A stretch of DNA of 64,000 nucleotides, taken from NCBI GenBank assembly GCA_002269645.1, contig NIVC01000436.1, forward strand, positions 186,001-250,000, written 5' to 3'. Made by a program: the position numbers and the translations under genes. Shown piece by piece: positions 1 to 11,700 of the stretch; position 1 is the stretch's first letter; every line of letters starts with the position of its first letter. The DNA is from Macrostomum lignano. Its lineage: Eukaryota. Under the pieces are notes generated by a model. It searched no databases. It saw nothing but the letters and a program-made list of their open reading frames with translations, and was not told where the DNA came from.

Positions 1-1340
1 GTAATGGATTAGTGTCTAGTAATGGATTAGTGTCTAGTAATGGATTAGTGTCTAGTAATGGATTAGTGTCTGATAATGGATTAGTGTCTAGTAATGGATT
101 AGTGTCTGATAATGGATTAGTGTCTGATAATGGATTAGTGTCTGGTAATGAATTAGTGTCTGATAATGGATTAGTGTCTGATAATGGATTAGTGTCTAGT
201 AATGGATTAGTGTCTGATAATGGATTAGTGTCTGATAATGGATTAGTGTCTGATAATGGATTAGTGTGTAGTAATGGATTAGTGTCTAGTAATGGATTAG
301 TGTCTAGTAATGGATTAGTGTCTGATAATAGATTAGTGTCTGATAATGGATTAGTGTCTGGTAATGAATTAGTGTCTTATAATGGATTAGTGTCTGATAA
401 TGGATTAGTGTCTAGTAATGGATTAGTGTCTAGTAGTGGATTAGTGTCTGATAATGGATTAGTGTCTGATAATGGATTAGTGTCTAGTAATGGATTAGTG
501 TCTAGTAATGGATTAGTGTCTGATAATGGATTAGTGTGTAGTAATGGATTAGTGTCTAGTAGTGGATTAGTGTCTGATAATGGATTAGTGTCTAGTAATG
601 GATTAGTGTCTAGTAGTGGATTAGTGTCTGATAATGGATTAGTGTCTAGTAGTGGATTAGTGTCTGATAATGGATTAGTGTCTAGTAATGGATTAGTGTC
701 TAGTAGTGGATTAGTGTCTGATAATGGATTAGTGTCTAGTAATGGATTAGTGTCTAGTAGTGGATTAGTGTCTGATAATGGATTAGTGTCTAGTAATGGA
801 TTAGTGTCTAGTAGTGGATTAGTGTCTGATAATGGATTAGTGTCTAGTAATGGATTAGTGTCTGGTAATGGATTAGTGTCTGATAATGGATTAGTGTCTG
901 GTAATGGATTAGTGTCTAGTAATGGATTAGTGTCTGATAATGGATTAGTGTGTGGTAATGGATTAGTGTCTGATAATGGATTAGTGTCTGGTAATGGATT
1001 AGTGTCTAGTAATGGATTAGTGTCTGATAATGGATTAGTGTCTAGTAATGGATTAGTGTCTGATAATGGATTAGTGTCTAGTAATGGATTAGTGTCTAGT
1101 AATGGATTAGTGTCTGATAATGGATTAGTGTCTGGTAATGGATTAGTGTCTGGTAATGAATTAGTGTCTGATAATGGATTAGTGTCTGATAATGGATTAG
1201 TGTCTAGTAATGGATTAGTGTCTGATAATGGATTAGTGTCTGATAATGGATTAGTGTCTAGTAATGGATTAGTGTGTAGTAATGGATTAGTGTCTAGTAA
1301 TGGATTAGTGTCAGATGATGGATTAGTGTCTGGTAATGAA
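1..1340. repeat. 18-bp minisatellite (GTAATGGATTAGTGTCTA and variants), ~74 copies, probably in a NAPRT intron
   Basis: Direct tandem periodicity. The SSNGLV/DTNPLS ORFs are 6-aa periodic artefacts. Confidence 0.97.
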
Positions 1341-1470
1341 TAAGTGTGATATTTTATTATTTGGCGTCGTGATTTAGTTAGGAATTGTTTGAGATAGATT
1401 TTTGTCAGATGTATTATAGTATTGCTGTCTTTGCAGTATCTTATTCTGCCAAATTTGTACCACTTCACAG

Positions 1471-2111
1471 CCATCCAAGCGAGTCTACGTGACACCCTCT
1501 CGGGTTGAAGAGCTGCACAGGTGCTACTGGCACGAGGGCAAGGTGAAAAAAGTTATCCCTGTCACTTTCCAGAATCCCAATTCTATTGGTTAGAATTCCA
1601 ATACCATACATTAGAATCCCAATCCCATAGATTAGAATCCCAATCCGATACATTAGAATTCCAATCCCATAGATTAGAATTCCAATCCCATAGATTAGAA
1701 TTCCAATCCCATAGATTAGAATCCCAATCCGATACATTAGAATCCCAATCCCATACATTAGAATCTCAATCCCATAGATAGAATCCCAATCCCATAGATT
1801 AGAATCCCAATTCCATAGATTAGAATCCCAATCCCAGACATTAGAATCCCAATCCCATAGATTGAGTTCGAAATCCCCAAAATCGCATCTACATCACAAG
1901 CCCCGCATCAACACCCGAACCACAGGTGATGTCGGAACTTCCCAATCTGGAGTCCATCCGAGAGCACGCCGCCGCTTCCCTTGTGACTCTGCGCACGGAT
2001 CACAAGAGGTTTCTCAATCCCACGCCTTACAAGGTGTCTGTTTCTGAGAAGCTCTACCAGTTCACACACAAGCTCTGGTTGGAGAGCGCTCCCATTATGG
2101 AGCTGAGTTGA
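1471..2111 (+). CDS. NAPRT: Nicotinate phosphoribosyltransferase, last two exons (1471-1542, 1926-2111); 5' part lies upstream of the window
   Basis: Spliced (CACAG|...AAG|GTGAAA; CACAG|GTG; phase 0) translation is [85 protein letters not shown]. This matches the conserved eukaryotic NAPRT C-terminus (SKRAYV.P..VEEL...YW ... [26 protein letters not shown]). Confidence 0.92.
1570..1864. repeat. 21-bp minisatellite (ATTAGAATCCCAATCCCATAG) filling the last NAPRT intron
   Basis: Direct tandem periodicity between donor 1543 and acceptor 1925. Confidence 0.95.
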
Positions 2112-2167
2112 CTTTGTTTTGAGCGCCGATTAAAATTAATGCCTACTTGTTGGACTTTGCTAACTTT

Positions 2168-2462
2168 TGAGGGTGAGATTATCCATGCCTCTATCTTGTG
2201 AGGGTGAGATTATGCATGTCTCTATCTTGTGAGGGTGAGATTATGCTTGTCTCTATCTTGTGAGGGTGAGATTATCCATGAATCTATCTTGTGAGGGTAA
2301 GATTATCTATGCATATATCTTGTGAGAGTAAGATTATCCATGTCTAACTGGTGAGGGTAAGATTATCTATGCATATATCTTGTGAGGGTGAGATTATCCA
2401 TGCATCTATCTTGTGAGGGTGAGATTATCCATGCATCTATCTTGTGAGGGTGAGATTATTGA
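2168..2462. repeat. ~31-bp minisatellite (CTTGTGAGGGTGAGATTATCCATGCATCTAT), ~9 copies, just 3' of the NAPRT stop
   Basis: Direct tandem periodicity. Confidence 0.92.
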
Positions 2463-3082
2463 TGCCTTATGTTTTTATTTGTCATAATTAACGTCTAATA
2501 TTGTATTTTCAGAGTTTTTATGTGACAGAGCAATGGCTCCTATAGATTAAACACACTTTCCTACCGTAATTTATCATAAAATTTCCTCCTAGTTTTACTA
2601 TGAACTTCTTTATTAGTCTTTGATTCCTTTTGTACTGTTAGAGATTTTCTTAGAATATTTTTTCGGTCGTACAAATCCTCCAATACTACTGATTTATCTT
2701 GCGTCGTCCCAATAGTGTTACTATGAGTAGGCTTACAAGCGCATACTTTATTAATTTTAATGTTATTAGAAAAGTCCATTCCGTTGATACACCAGCGTAT
2801 GCGCTAACTGAATATTTAGTCAGACTTTCTTGCGGGTACCTTTATTCAAGGTAGCTGTGCTCGTTCAACGAAATCGTTTTCTTTCTCTGATCTTTTTTGC
2901 TTATCCGAAAATTCACCGAAATGTTCGGCTTTTTTTAGCAAAACCGGATCTAGACTAGATGCACTTTTACGAGTAGATGCTTTTTATCAGCTTTCATATA
3001 TGCTGCACATTATTGAGCTGCCTCCGCGACTGCATTGTCTGCTATAAGGCTCTATCTTATGACTTCTATGCTTAAAACACTC

Positions 3083-4455
3083 TGTCTCTCTTTTCTTTCT
3101 CCTCTCCTCTCTCCTCTCTTCCCTCCTCTACTCTCCCCTCCTCTCCTCTCTCCTCTCCCCTCCTCTCCTCTCTTCCCTCCTCTCCTCTCCCCTCCTCTCC
3201 TCTCCTCTCTTCCCTCCTCTACTCTCCCCTCCTCTCCTCTCCCCTCCTCTCCTCTCCCCTCCTCTCCTCTCCTCTCCTCTCCTCTCCTCTCCTCTCCTCT
3301 CCTCCCCCTCCTCTCCTCTCCTCTCTCCTCTCTCCTCCTCTCTCCTCTCCTCTCCTCTCTCTCTCCTCTCCTCCCCTCTCCTCTCTCTCCTCTCCTCTCT
3401 CCCCCCTCCTCTCCTCTCCTCTCTCCTCTCTCCTCCTCTCTCCTCTCCTCTCCTCTCCTCTCTTCCCTCCTCTCCTCTCCTCTCCTCTCCTCTCCTCTCC
3501 CCTCCTCTCCTCTCTTCCCTCCTCTCCTCTCCCCTCCTCTCCTCTCCTCTCTTCCCTCCTCTACTCTCCCCTCCTCTCCTCTCCCCTCTCTCCTCTCCTC
3601 TCCCTCCTCTCCTCTCCTCTCCTCTCCTCTCCTCTCCTCTCCTCTCCTCCCCCTCCTCTCCTCTCCTCTCTCCTCTCTCCTCCTCTCTCCTCTCCTCTCC
3701 TCTCTCCTCTCCTCTCCTCCCCTCTCCTCTCCTCTCCTCTCCTCCCCCTCCTCTCCTCTCCTCTCTCCTCTCTCCTCCTCTCTCCTCTCCTCTCCTCTCC
3801 TCTCTTCCCTCCTCTCCTCTCCTCTCCTCTCCTCTCCTCCCCCCTCCTCTCCTCTCCTCTCCTCTCCTCTCCTCTCCTCTCCTCTCTCCTCTCTCCTCCT
3901 CTCTCCTCTCCTCTCCTCTCTCCTCTCCTCTCCTCCCCCCTCCTCTCCTCTCCTCTCCTCTCCTCCCCCACCTCTTCTCTCCTCTCTCATCCCCTCTCCT
4001 CACCTCTCCTCTCCTCTCTCCTCTCTCCTCCTCTCTCCTCTCCTCTCCTCTCTCCTCTCCTCTCCTCCCCTCTCCTCTCCTCTCCTCTCCTCCCCCCTCC
4101 TCTCCTCTCCTCTCTCCTCTCTCCTCCTCTCTCCTCTCCTCTCCTCTCCTCTCTTCCCTCCTCTCCTCTCCTCTCCTCTCCTCTCCTCCCCCCTCCTCTC
4201 CTCTCCTCTCCTCTCCTCTCCTCTCCTCTCTCCTCTCTCCTCCTCTCTCCTCTCCTCTCCTCTCTCCTCTCCTCTCCTCCCCCTCCTCTCCTCTCCTCTC
4301 CTCTCCTCCCCCTCCTCTTCTCTCCTCTCTCCTCTCCTCTCCTCTCCTCTCCTCTCCTCTCCTCTCTCCTCTCCTCTCTCTACTCTTCTCTTCTCTCCCC
4401 TCCTCTCCTCTCCTCTTCTTCCTCTCTTCACCGCCTCTCCACTTCACTCTCCTCT
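3083..4455. repeat. Pure polypyrimidine (CTCCT/CT)n low-complexity tract, ~1.4 kb
   Basis: Almost exclusively C/T. The SSPLL/EERRG ORFs are artefacts. Confidence 0.97.
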
Positions 4456-4938
4456 CCATCTCTCATTTCCAATTTTCTAGTTTCAACTGGCGCGATTCGT
4501 CAATTTTTCAGTTTACAATGCAACTGCGCCGATAGCGCAACCGTTGCTTTAATTTTTTTGTTTCATTCTTCTTTGCCGGTAAAGTCCTAAAATCTCGCAA
4601 CGAATCGAAGCCAGAAATATTTGTGTCTCATTTAATTAGCAAAGATATTCTCTATTGCTTTTCATGTGTTTTTGTTCCTTGAATCTGATTTTTTATTATT
4701 TGTTTTAACTAATCAAAAGTTCAATCTGGTTAAATAAGTGCGATTTTTCTCTGTCATTATTTCAGAAACAATTTAACTAAATATAGCGTTCGCTACCTTG
4801 GAAATAATTTTTTCTACTGAAGTTTTGCCGATCTATTTAGGTCTAAAAACTTTTTAAAGCCTTGAGAAGTTTGTGACTTCATTTATTGTAAACCACATGA
4901 TATTATTGATTAAGTAGTTTCACTATTTTCTTTTGCAG

Positions 4939-6630
4939 GTGTCACTACTGGGGTGAGTGTTGGGGGTGTCACTACTATACTGACATTTAGGAGTGTCACT
5001 CCTATAGTGACATTTGAGGATGTCACTCCTGAAGTGAGATATCGGGAGGTCACTCCTGGGGTGAGATTTTGGAAGGTCACTCCCGGGGTGAGATTTGGGG
5101 GTGTCACTTCTATACCCAGATTTAGAGGTGTCACTCCTATTGTGAGATTTGGGTAGGTCACTCTTGTACTGAGATTTTCGGAGGTCACTCCTGGGGTGAG
5201 ATTTTCGGAGGTCACTCCTGGGGTGAGATTTGGGGAGGTCACTCCTGGGGTGAGGTGAGATTTGGGGAGGTCACTCCTGGGGTGAGATTTGGGGAGGTCA
5301 CTCCTGGGGTGAGGTGAGATTTGGGGAGGTCACTCCTAGGGGTGAGATTTTCGGAGGTCACTCCTAGGGGTGAGATTTGGGGAGGTCACTCCTAGGGGTG
5401 AGATTTGGGAAGGTCACTCCTAGGAATGAGATTTGGGAGGTCACTCCTATAGTGAGATTTGGGTAGGTCACTATTGTACTGAGATTTTCGGAGGTCACTC
5501 CTGGGGTAAGATTTTCGGAGGTCACTCCTGGGGTGAGATTTTCGGAGGTCACTCCTGAGGTGAGATTTGGGAAGGTCACTCCTGGGGTGAGGTGAGATTT
5601 GGGGAGGTCACTCCTGGGGTGAGGTGAGTTTTGGGGAGGTCACTTCTAGGGGTGAGATTTGGGGAGGTCACTCCTAGGGGTGAGATTTGGGGAGGTCACT
5701 CCTAGGGGTGAGATTTGGGAGGTCACTCCTATATTGAGATTTAGGGTGTCACTCCTATAGTGAGATTTGGGTAGGTCACTCTTGTACTGAGATTTTCGGA
5801 GGTCACTCCTGGGGTGAGATTTTCGGAGTTCACTCCTGAGGTGAGATTTGGGGAGGTCACTCCTGGGGTGAGGTGAGATTTGGGGAGGTCACTCCTGGGG
5901 TGAGGTGAGATTTGGGGAGGTCACTCCTAGGGGTGAGATTTGAGGAGGTCACTCCTAGGGGTGAGATTTGGGAAGGTCACTCCTAGAGGTGAGATTTGGG
6001 GAGGTCATTCCCGGGGTGAGATTTGGGGGTGTCACTTCTATACCCAGATTTAGAGGTGTCACTCCTAGGGATGAGATTTAGGAGGTCACTCCTATATTGA
6101 GATTTGGGGTGTCACTCCTATAGTGAGATTTGGGAGTTCACTCCTAGGGGTGAGATTTGGGGAGGTCACTCCTAGGGATGAGATTTAGGAGGTCACTCCT
6201 ATATTGAGATTTGGGGTGTCACTCCTATAGTGAGATTTGGGAGTTCACTCCTAGGGGTGAGATTTGGGGAGGTCACTCCTAGGGGTGAGATTTGGGAAGG
6301 TCACTCCTAGGGATGAGATTTAGGAGGTCACTCCTATATTGAGATTTGGGGTGTCACTCCTATAGTGAGATTTGAGAGTTCACTCCTAGGGGTGAGATTT
6401 GGGGAGGTCACTCCTAGAGGTGAGATTTGGGGAGGTCTTCATAGGGGTGAGATTTGGGAAGGTCACTCCTAGGGATGAGATTTAGGAGGTCACTCCTATA
6501 TTGAGATTTGGGGTGTCACTCCTATAGTGAGATTTGAGAGTTCACTCCTAGGGGTGAGATTTGGGGAGGTCACTCCTAGAGGTGAGATTTGGGGAGGTCT
6601 TCATAGGGGTGAGGTTTGGGGAGGTCATAT
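4939..6630. repeat. 27-28-bp minisatellite (GGGGTGAGATTTGGGGAGGTCACTCCTA and variants)
   Basis: Direct tandem periodicity with several variant monomers. Confidence 0.95.
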
Positions 6631-7309
6631 CCTAAGGGTGAGTTTGATACTGCAGTCAAAGAGCATTGCCAGCTGCTATTTACTCAGCAAAATCAAGTGC
6701 GTCCGTAAACATGCAGGTGCACTGAGTGGAAAAGGGTATTCAATTGCATGAGCCGCAATAAATGAAATCTCTATTTTTAAAATAGCAAGAGCAAAAGCTT
6801 GCATAGACCTCTTTTCTCTCCCTCCCAGCTTCCTTCATCAGCGACTCCTCATCTTGGCCCTCATTATGAAGCTATTAAAAAAATAGCAATCCTTTTCTGC
6901 GTGGTCCGCAGTTACTAAGGACGGGGAGGATTATTGGGACTTTTGCAGTGGGGTTTTGTCAGTGCCGCTATAGGGACAGAATCAGCCTATGCGACCGGAG
7001 CACAAATCACTGCTCTGCTCTGCTCAGCTTCTCATGATCCAGCGGGGGATGGGAGGGGCGATTGAAACCGGCCCATTCAATAAAGCCGACTGCTCTCAGC
7101 TGACTGCATGACTGGCAGAAGATTAAAAGGAAACACTGTCCACTGTACCTACACGCGAGAGGTCGTATTGGACTCGAGAAAATTCATAAGTATTAGTAAT
7201 TGCCTGAACTATCAAGGTGAGAAAACAATTTCTAATTTGGTTTTGCTGAGAGATTCTTCATTTAGGTCAATCCCGAAAATCGCTGTGGTTTTATTCCATC
7301 ACAATCAAC

Positions 7310-8450
7310 CACCAACCTCATCTCAAAATCTCTCTCCTACCTCATCACAGAATCTCTCTCCAACCTCATCACAGAGTCTCTCTCCAACCCCATTCACGGA
7401 GTCTCTCCAACCTATTCACGGAGTCTCTCCAACCCCATTCACGGAGTCTCTCCAACCCCATTCACGGAGTCTCTCCAACCTATTCACGGAGTCTCTCCAA
7501 TCCCATTCACGGAGTCTCTCCAACCTATTCACGGAGTCTCTCCAACCCCATTCACGGAGTCTCTCCAACCCCATTCACGGAGTCTCTCCAACCCCATTCA
7601 CGGAGTCCCTCCAACCTATTCACGGAGTCTCTCCAACCCCATTCACGGAGTCTCTCCAACCCCATTCACGGAGTCTCTCCAACCCCATTCACGGAGTCTC
7701 TCCAACCCCATTCACGGAGTCTCTCCAACCCCATTCACGGAGTCTCTCCAACCCCATTCACGGAGTCTCTCCAACCCCATTCACGGAGTCTCTCCAACCC
7801 CATTCTCGGAGTCTCTCCAACCCATTCACGGAGTCTCTCCAACCCATTCACGGAGTCTCTCCAACCCCATTCATGGAGTCTCTCCAACCCCATTCATGGA
7901 GTCTCTCCAACCCCATTCACGGAGTCTCTCCAAGCCCATTCACGGAGTCTCTCCAACCCCATTCACGGAGTCTCTCCAACCCATTCACGGAGTCTCTTCA
8001 ACCCCATTCATGGAGTCTCTCCAACCCCATTCACGGAGTCTCTCCAAGCCCATTCACGGAGTCTCTCCAAGCCCATTCACGGAGTCTCTCTCCAACCCCA
8101 TTCATGTAGTTTCTCCAACCCCATTCACGGAGTCTCTCCAACCCATTCACGGAGTCTCTCCAACCCCATTCATGGAGTCTCTCCAACCCCATTCACGGAG
8201 TCTCTCCAAGCCCATTCACGGAGTCTCTCTCCAACCCCATTCATGTAGTTTCTCCAACCCCATTCACGGAGTCTCTCCAACCCATTCACGGAGTCCCTCC
8301 AACCCATTCACGGAATCTCTTTAACCTCATCACAGAATCTCTCCAACCCCATTCACAGAACCGCCCTCCAACCCCATTCACAGAATCGCCCTTCAACCCC
8401 CATTCACAGAAGCGCCTTCCAACCCCCATTCACAGAATCGCACTCCAATC
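7310..8450. repeat. 22-23-bp minisatellite (CCAACCCCATTCACGGAGTCTCT)
   Basis: Direct tandem periodicity. Confidence 0.95.
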
Positions 8451-8791
8451 GTGCTGGTTGCTTCCATTTAAAAAGCTCAAAGCAGTCAGAACAATACCAT
8501 CGTGTGTGGCCGCTTTGAGCAATTTTTATTACCACATCTATTGGTTTGTAGAAGCGCAGTGCATACAAAGTTACATATGTTTATAGAGCTCTTGGCTGTT
8601 AACAATAAAGAAAGAAGCAAGCAGAAGTGCTTGTAATTAATTGTAAGCTATGTTAACAATTGTGTGGTAAACATTTCTTCTATTTATTTCTTGCCATGCC
8701 AAGTCTAAATTCTCACGATGCAATAAAACAATTTGTTAAGAGTTGAAAGAGTGAATAAAATGAGTGCTTGTATTGCTTCACTTTCACTCGC

Positions 8792-11700
8792 ATGTATATA
8801 AGCTTCACGAGTATCTACCCATTCAATATTGTGATAGACGCAGAAATTGAAGAAGTCTTATACAAGCAACGATGGCCTGGTCCGCTCAGCCTCACTACAA
8901 TAGAAAACCAGGTAAGTATAGTTTGAAAAAATACAGTACTGTAACTAGCTACAGAAGCTGTTTCTAAGAATTAGGCGCATCTTTATCTATTATCAGAGGA
9001 ATCTTTGAAGACAGAGACAACCATCGTACGTTGACGAGTTGACGAATTGGGCACCTATTTCTAATAAAGTGATGTCTCTTTCCATGAAAAAGAAGCTCAT
9101 TCCAAGGTGAAACCGAACACCTCTTTCTATGAAACCAGCGCTTCTTCCAAGAAATTAGCATTTCTTTCCAAGAAATCAGCGTCTCATTTCAAGAAATCAG
9201 AACCTATTTACAAGAAATCAGAACCTATTTCCAAGAAATCAGAACCTCTTTCCAAGAAATCAGAACCTCTTTCCAAGAAATCAGCACCTCTTTCCAAGAA
9301 ATCAGCACCTCTTTCCAAGAAATCAGTACTTCTTTTCAAGAAATCAGCACCTATTTCCAAGAAATCAGTACCTATTTCCAAGAAATCAGAACCTCTTTCC
9401 AAGAAATCAGTACCTATTTCCAAGAAATCAGAACCTCTTTCCAAGAAATCAGTACCTCTTTTCAAGAAATCAGAACCTTTTTCCAAGAATGTGGCACCTG
9501 TTTCCACGAATTGAGCACCTCTTTCAAAGTATTCAGCATTTATTTCTGCGATTTTGACACATATTTCCAGGAACTGGCTCCTTTCTAAGAAATTAGTGCT
9601 TAGTGCGAACTTTTCTAAGAAATCAGAACCTCTCTTCAAGAAAGGGGCTCTCTTGCTGCATGAAGTGCAACACTGCTTAGCTGTCTGACTGAACCAAATT
9701 TTCCATCCATTTTGTTCACATCACCATTTCTGAAACTCAACCCTTCTCCGCGATTCCCAGGCGATATAGCCATCCACCTGGACATCATAGACGCCAAGCC
9801 GCTGTACCCTGAGCAGCTGGGCTCCCGGCAGTACTTTCTGGTCAGCTTGGTTGAGAAATTCGCCGCTCTACTGCAAAAGTCTGACCTGCTGCGGCTGCGT
9901 AGATATTTCTGCAAGCGGGGACTGCTGCTGCGAACTACCATTGAAGGGTTCACAGATGGTGAGATGCTTGCTTTAAAAGGCACAACGTGGATGAGATAGA
10001 GCCAGTGAGATAGAGGGACTGAGATAGAGGCAGTGAGATAGAGGGACTGAGATAGAGGCAGTGAGATAGAGGCACTGAGATAGAGGGACTGAGATAGAGG
10101 GGCTGAGATAGAGGGACTGAGGTAGAGGGACTGAGATAGAGGGACTGAGATAGAGGGACTGAGGTAGAGGGACTGAGATAGAGGGACTGAGATAGAGGGA
10201 CTGAGGTAGAGGGACTGAGATAGAGGGACTGAGATAGAGGGACTGAGGTAGAGGGACTGAGGTAGAGGGACTGAGATAGAGGGACTGAGATAGAGGGACT
10301 GAGATAGAGGGACTGAGATAGAGGGACTGAGATAGAGGGACTGAGATAGAGGGACTGAGATAGAGGGACTGAGATAGAGGGACTGAGATAGAGGGACTGA
10401 GATAGAGGGACTGAGATAGAGGGACTGAGATAGAGGGACTGAGATAGAGGGACTGAGATAGAGGGACTGAGATAGAGGGACTGAGATAGAGGGACTGAGA
10501 TAGAGGGACTGAGATAGAGGGACTGAGATAGAGGGACTGAGATAGAGGGACTGAGATAGAGGGACTGAGATAGAGGGACTGAGATAGAGGGACTGAGATA
10601 GAGGGACTGAGATAGAGGGACTGAGATAGAGGGACTGAGATAGAGGGACTGAGATAGAGGGACTGAGATAGAGGGACTGAGATAGAGGGACTGAGATAGA
10701 GGGACTGAGATAGAGGGACTGAGATAGAGGGACTGAGATAGAGGGACTGAGATAGAGGGACTGAGATAGAGGGACTGAGATAGAGGGACTGAGATAGAGG
10801 GACTGAGATAGAGGGACTGAGATAGAGGGACTGAGATAGAGGGACTGAGATAGAGGGACTGAGATAGAGGGACTGAGATAGAGGGACTGAGATAGAGGGA
10901 CTGAGATAGAGGGACTGAGATAGAGGGACTGAGATAGAGGGACTGAGATAGAGGGACTGAGATAGAGGGACTGAGATAGAGGGACTGAGATAGAGGGACT
11001 GAGATAGAGGGACTGAGATGGAGGCAGTGAGACAGAGGGACTGAGATGGAGGCAGTGAGAAAGAGAGACTGAGATAGAGGGACTGAGATAGAGGGACTGA
11101 GATAGAGGGACTGAGATAGAGCCAGTGAGATAGAGGGACTGAGATGGAGGCAGTGAGACAGAGAGTTGCTTGTTTTAAATATTGTTGCCATGAGAGCTAG
11201 ACTCTTATCCGATTGCCGTCAAATACATGACTGCCAAGTCTGCAGCGTTCTGTTTTGGGTAGTAAAGATTGCTAAGCTTTTCTCGCCGATAAAGACCGAT
11301 GCCTAAGCTTTAGGCTTATAATTGAATTAATCTCTTCTACTCGGATCTTTAGCAAACAGCAGTACAAAATTAAACGCAATCAGTATTGCAGGCTGTGCTC
11401 AGCTGACTGTAAGTATTGCTGTTTGACTGCGCTGTGTTTTCTTAGAAATCTAATCTTCGCAACTAGAGAGGTTGCGACAAACTGAAGTCTCAACTTTCTT
11501 TCATAGCATTTCCTACGGGTTTCATTTTTTGTGTATCAGGTTTGCGTGCGGCAGAGTTTACGAGCGTAGTTTTCTTGGACAGAATGTACTTTTGTCGAAT
11601 ACCTGTTAGATAGAAGATTTACCTGTTAGACAGGAATTTTACCTGTTAGATAGGAGATTAACCTGTTAGATAGGAGATTTACCTGTTAGATAGGAGTTCT

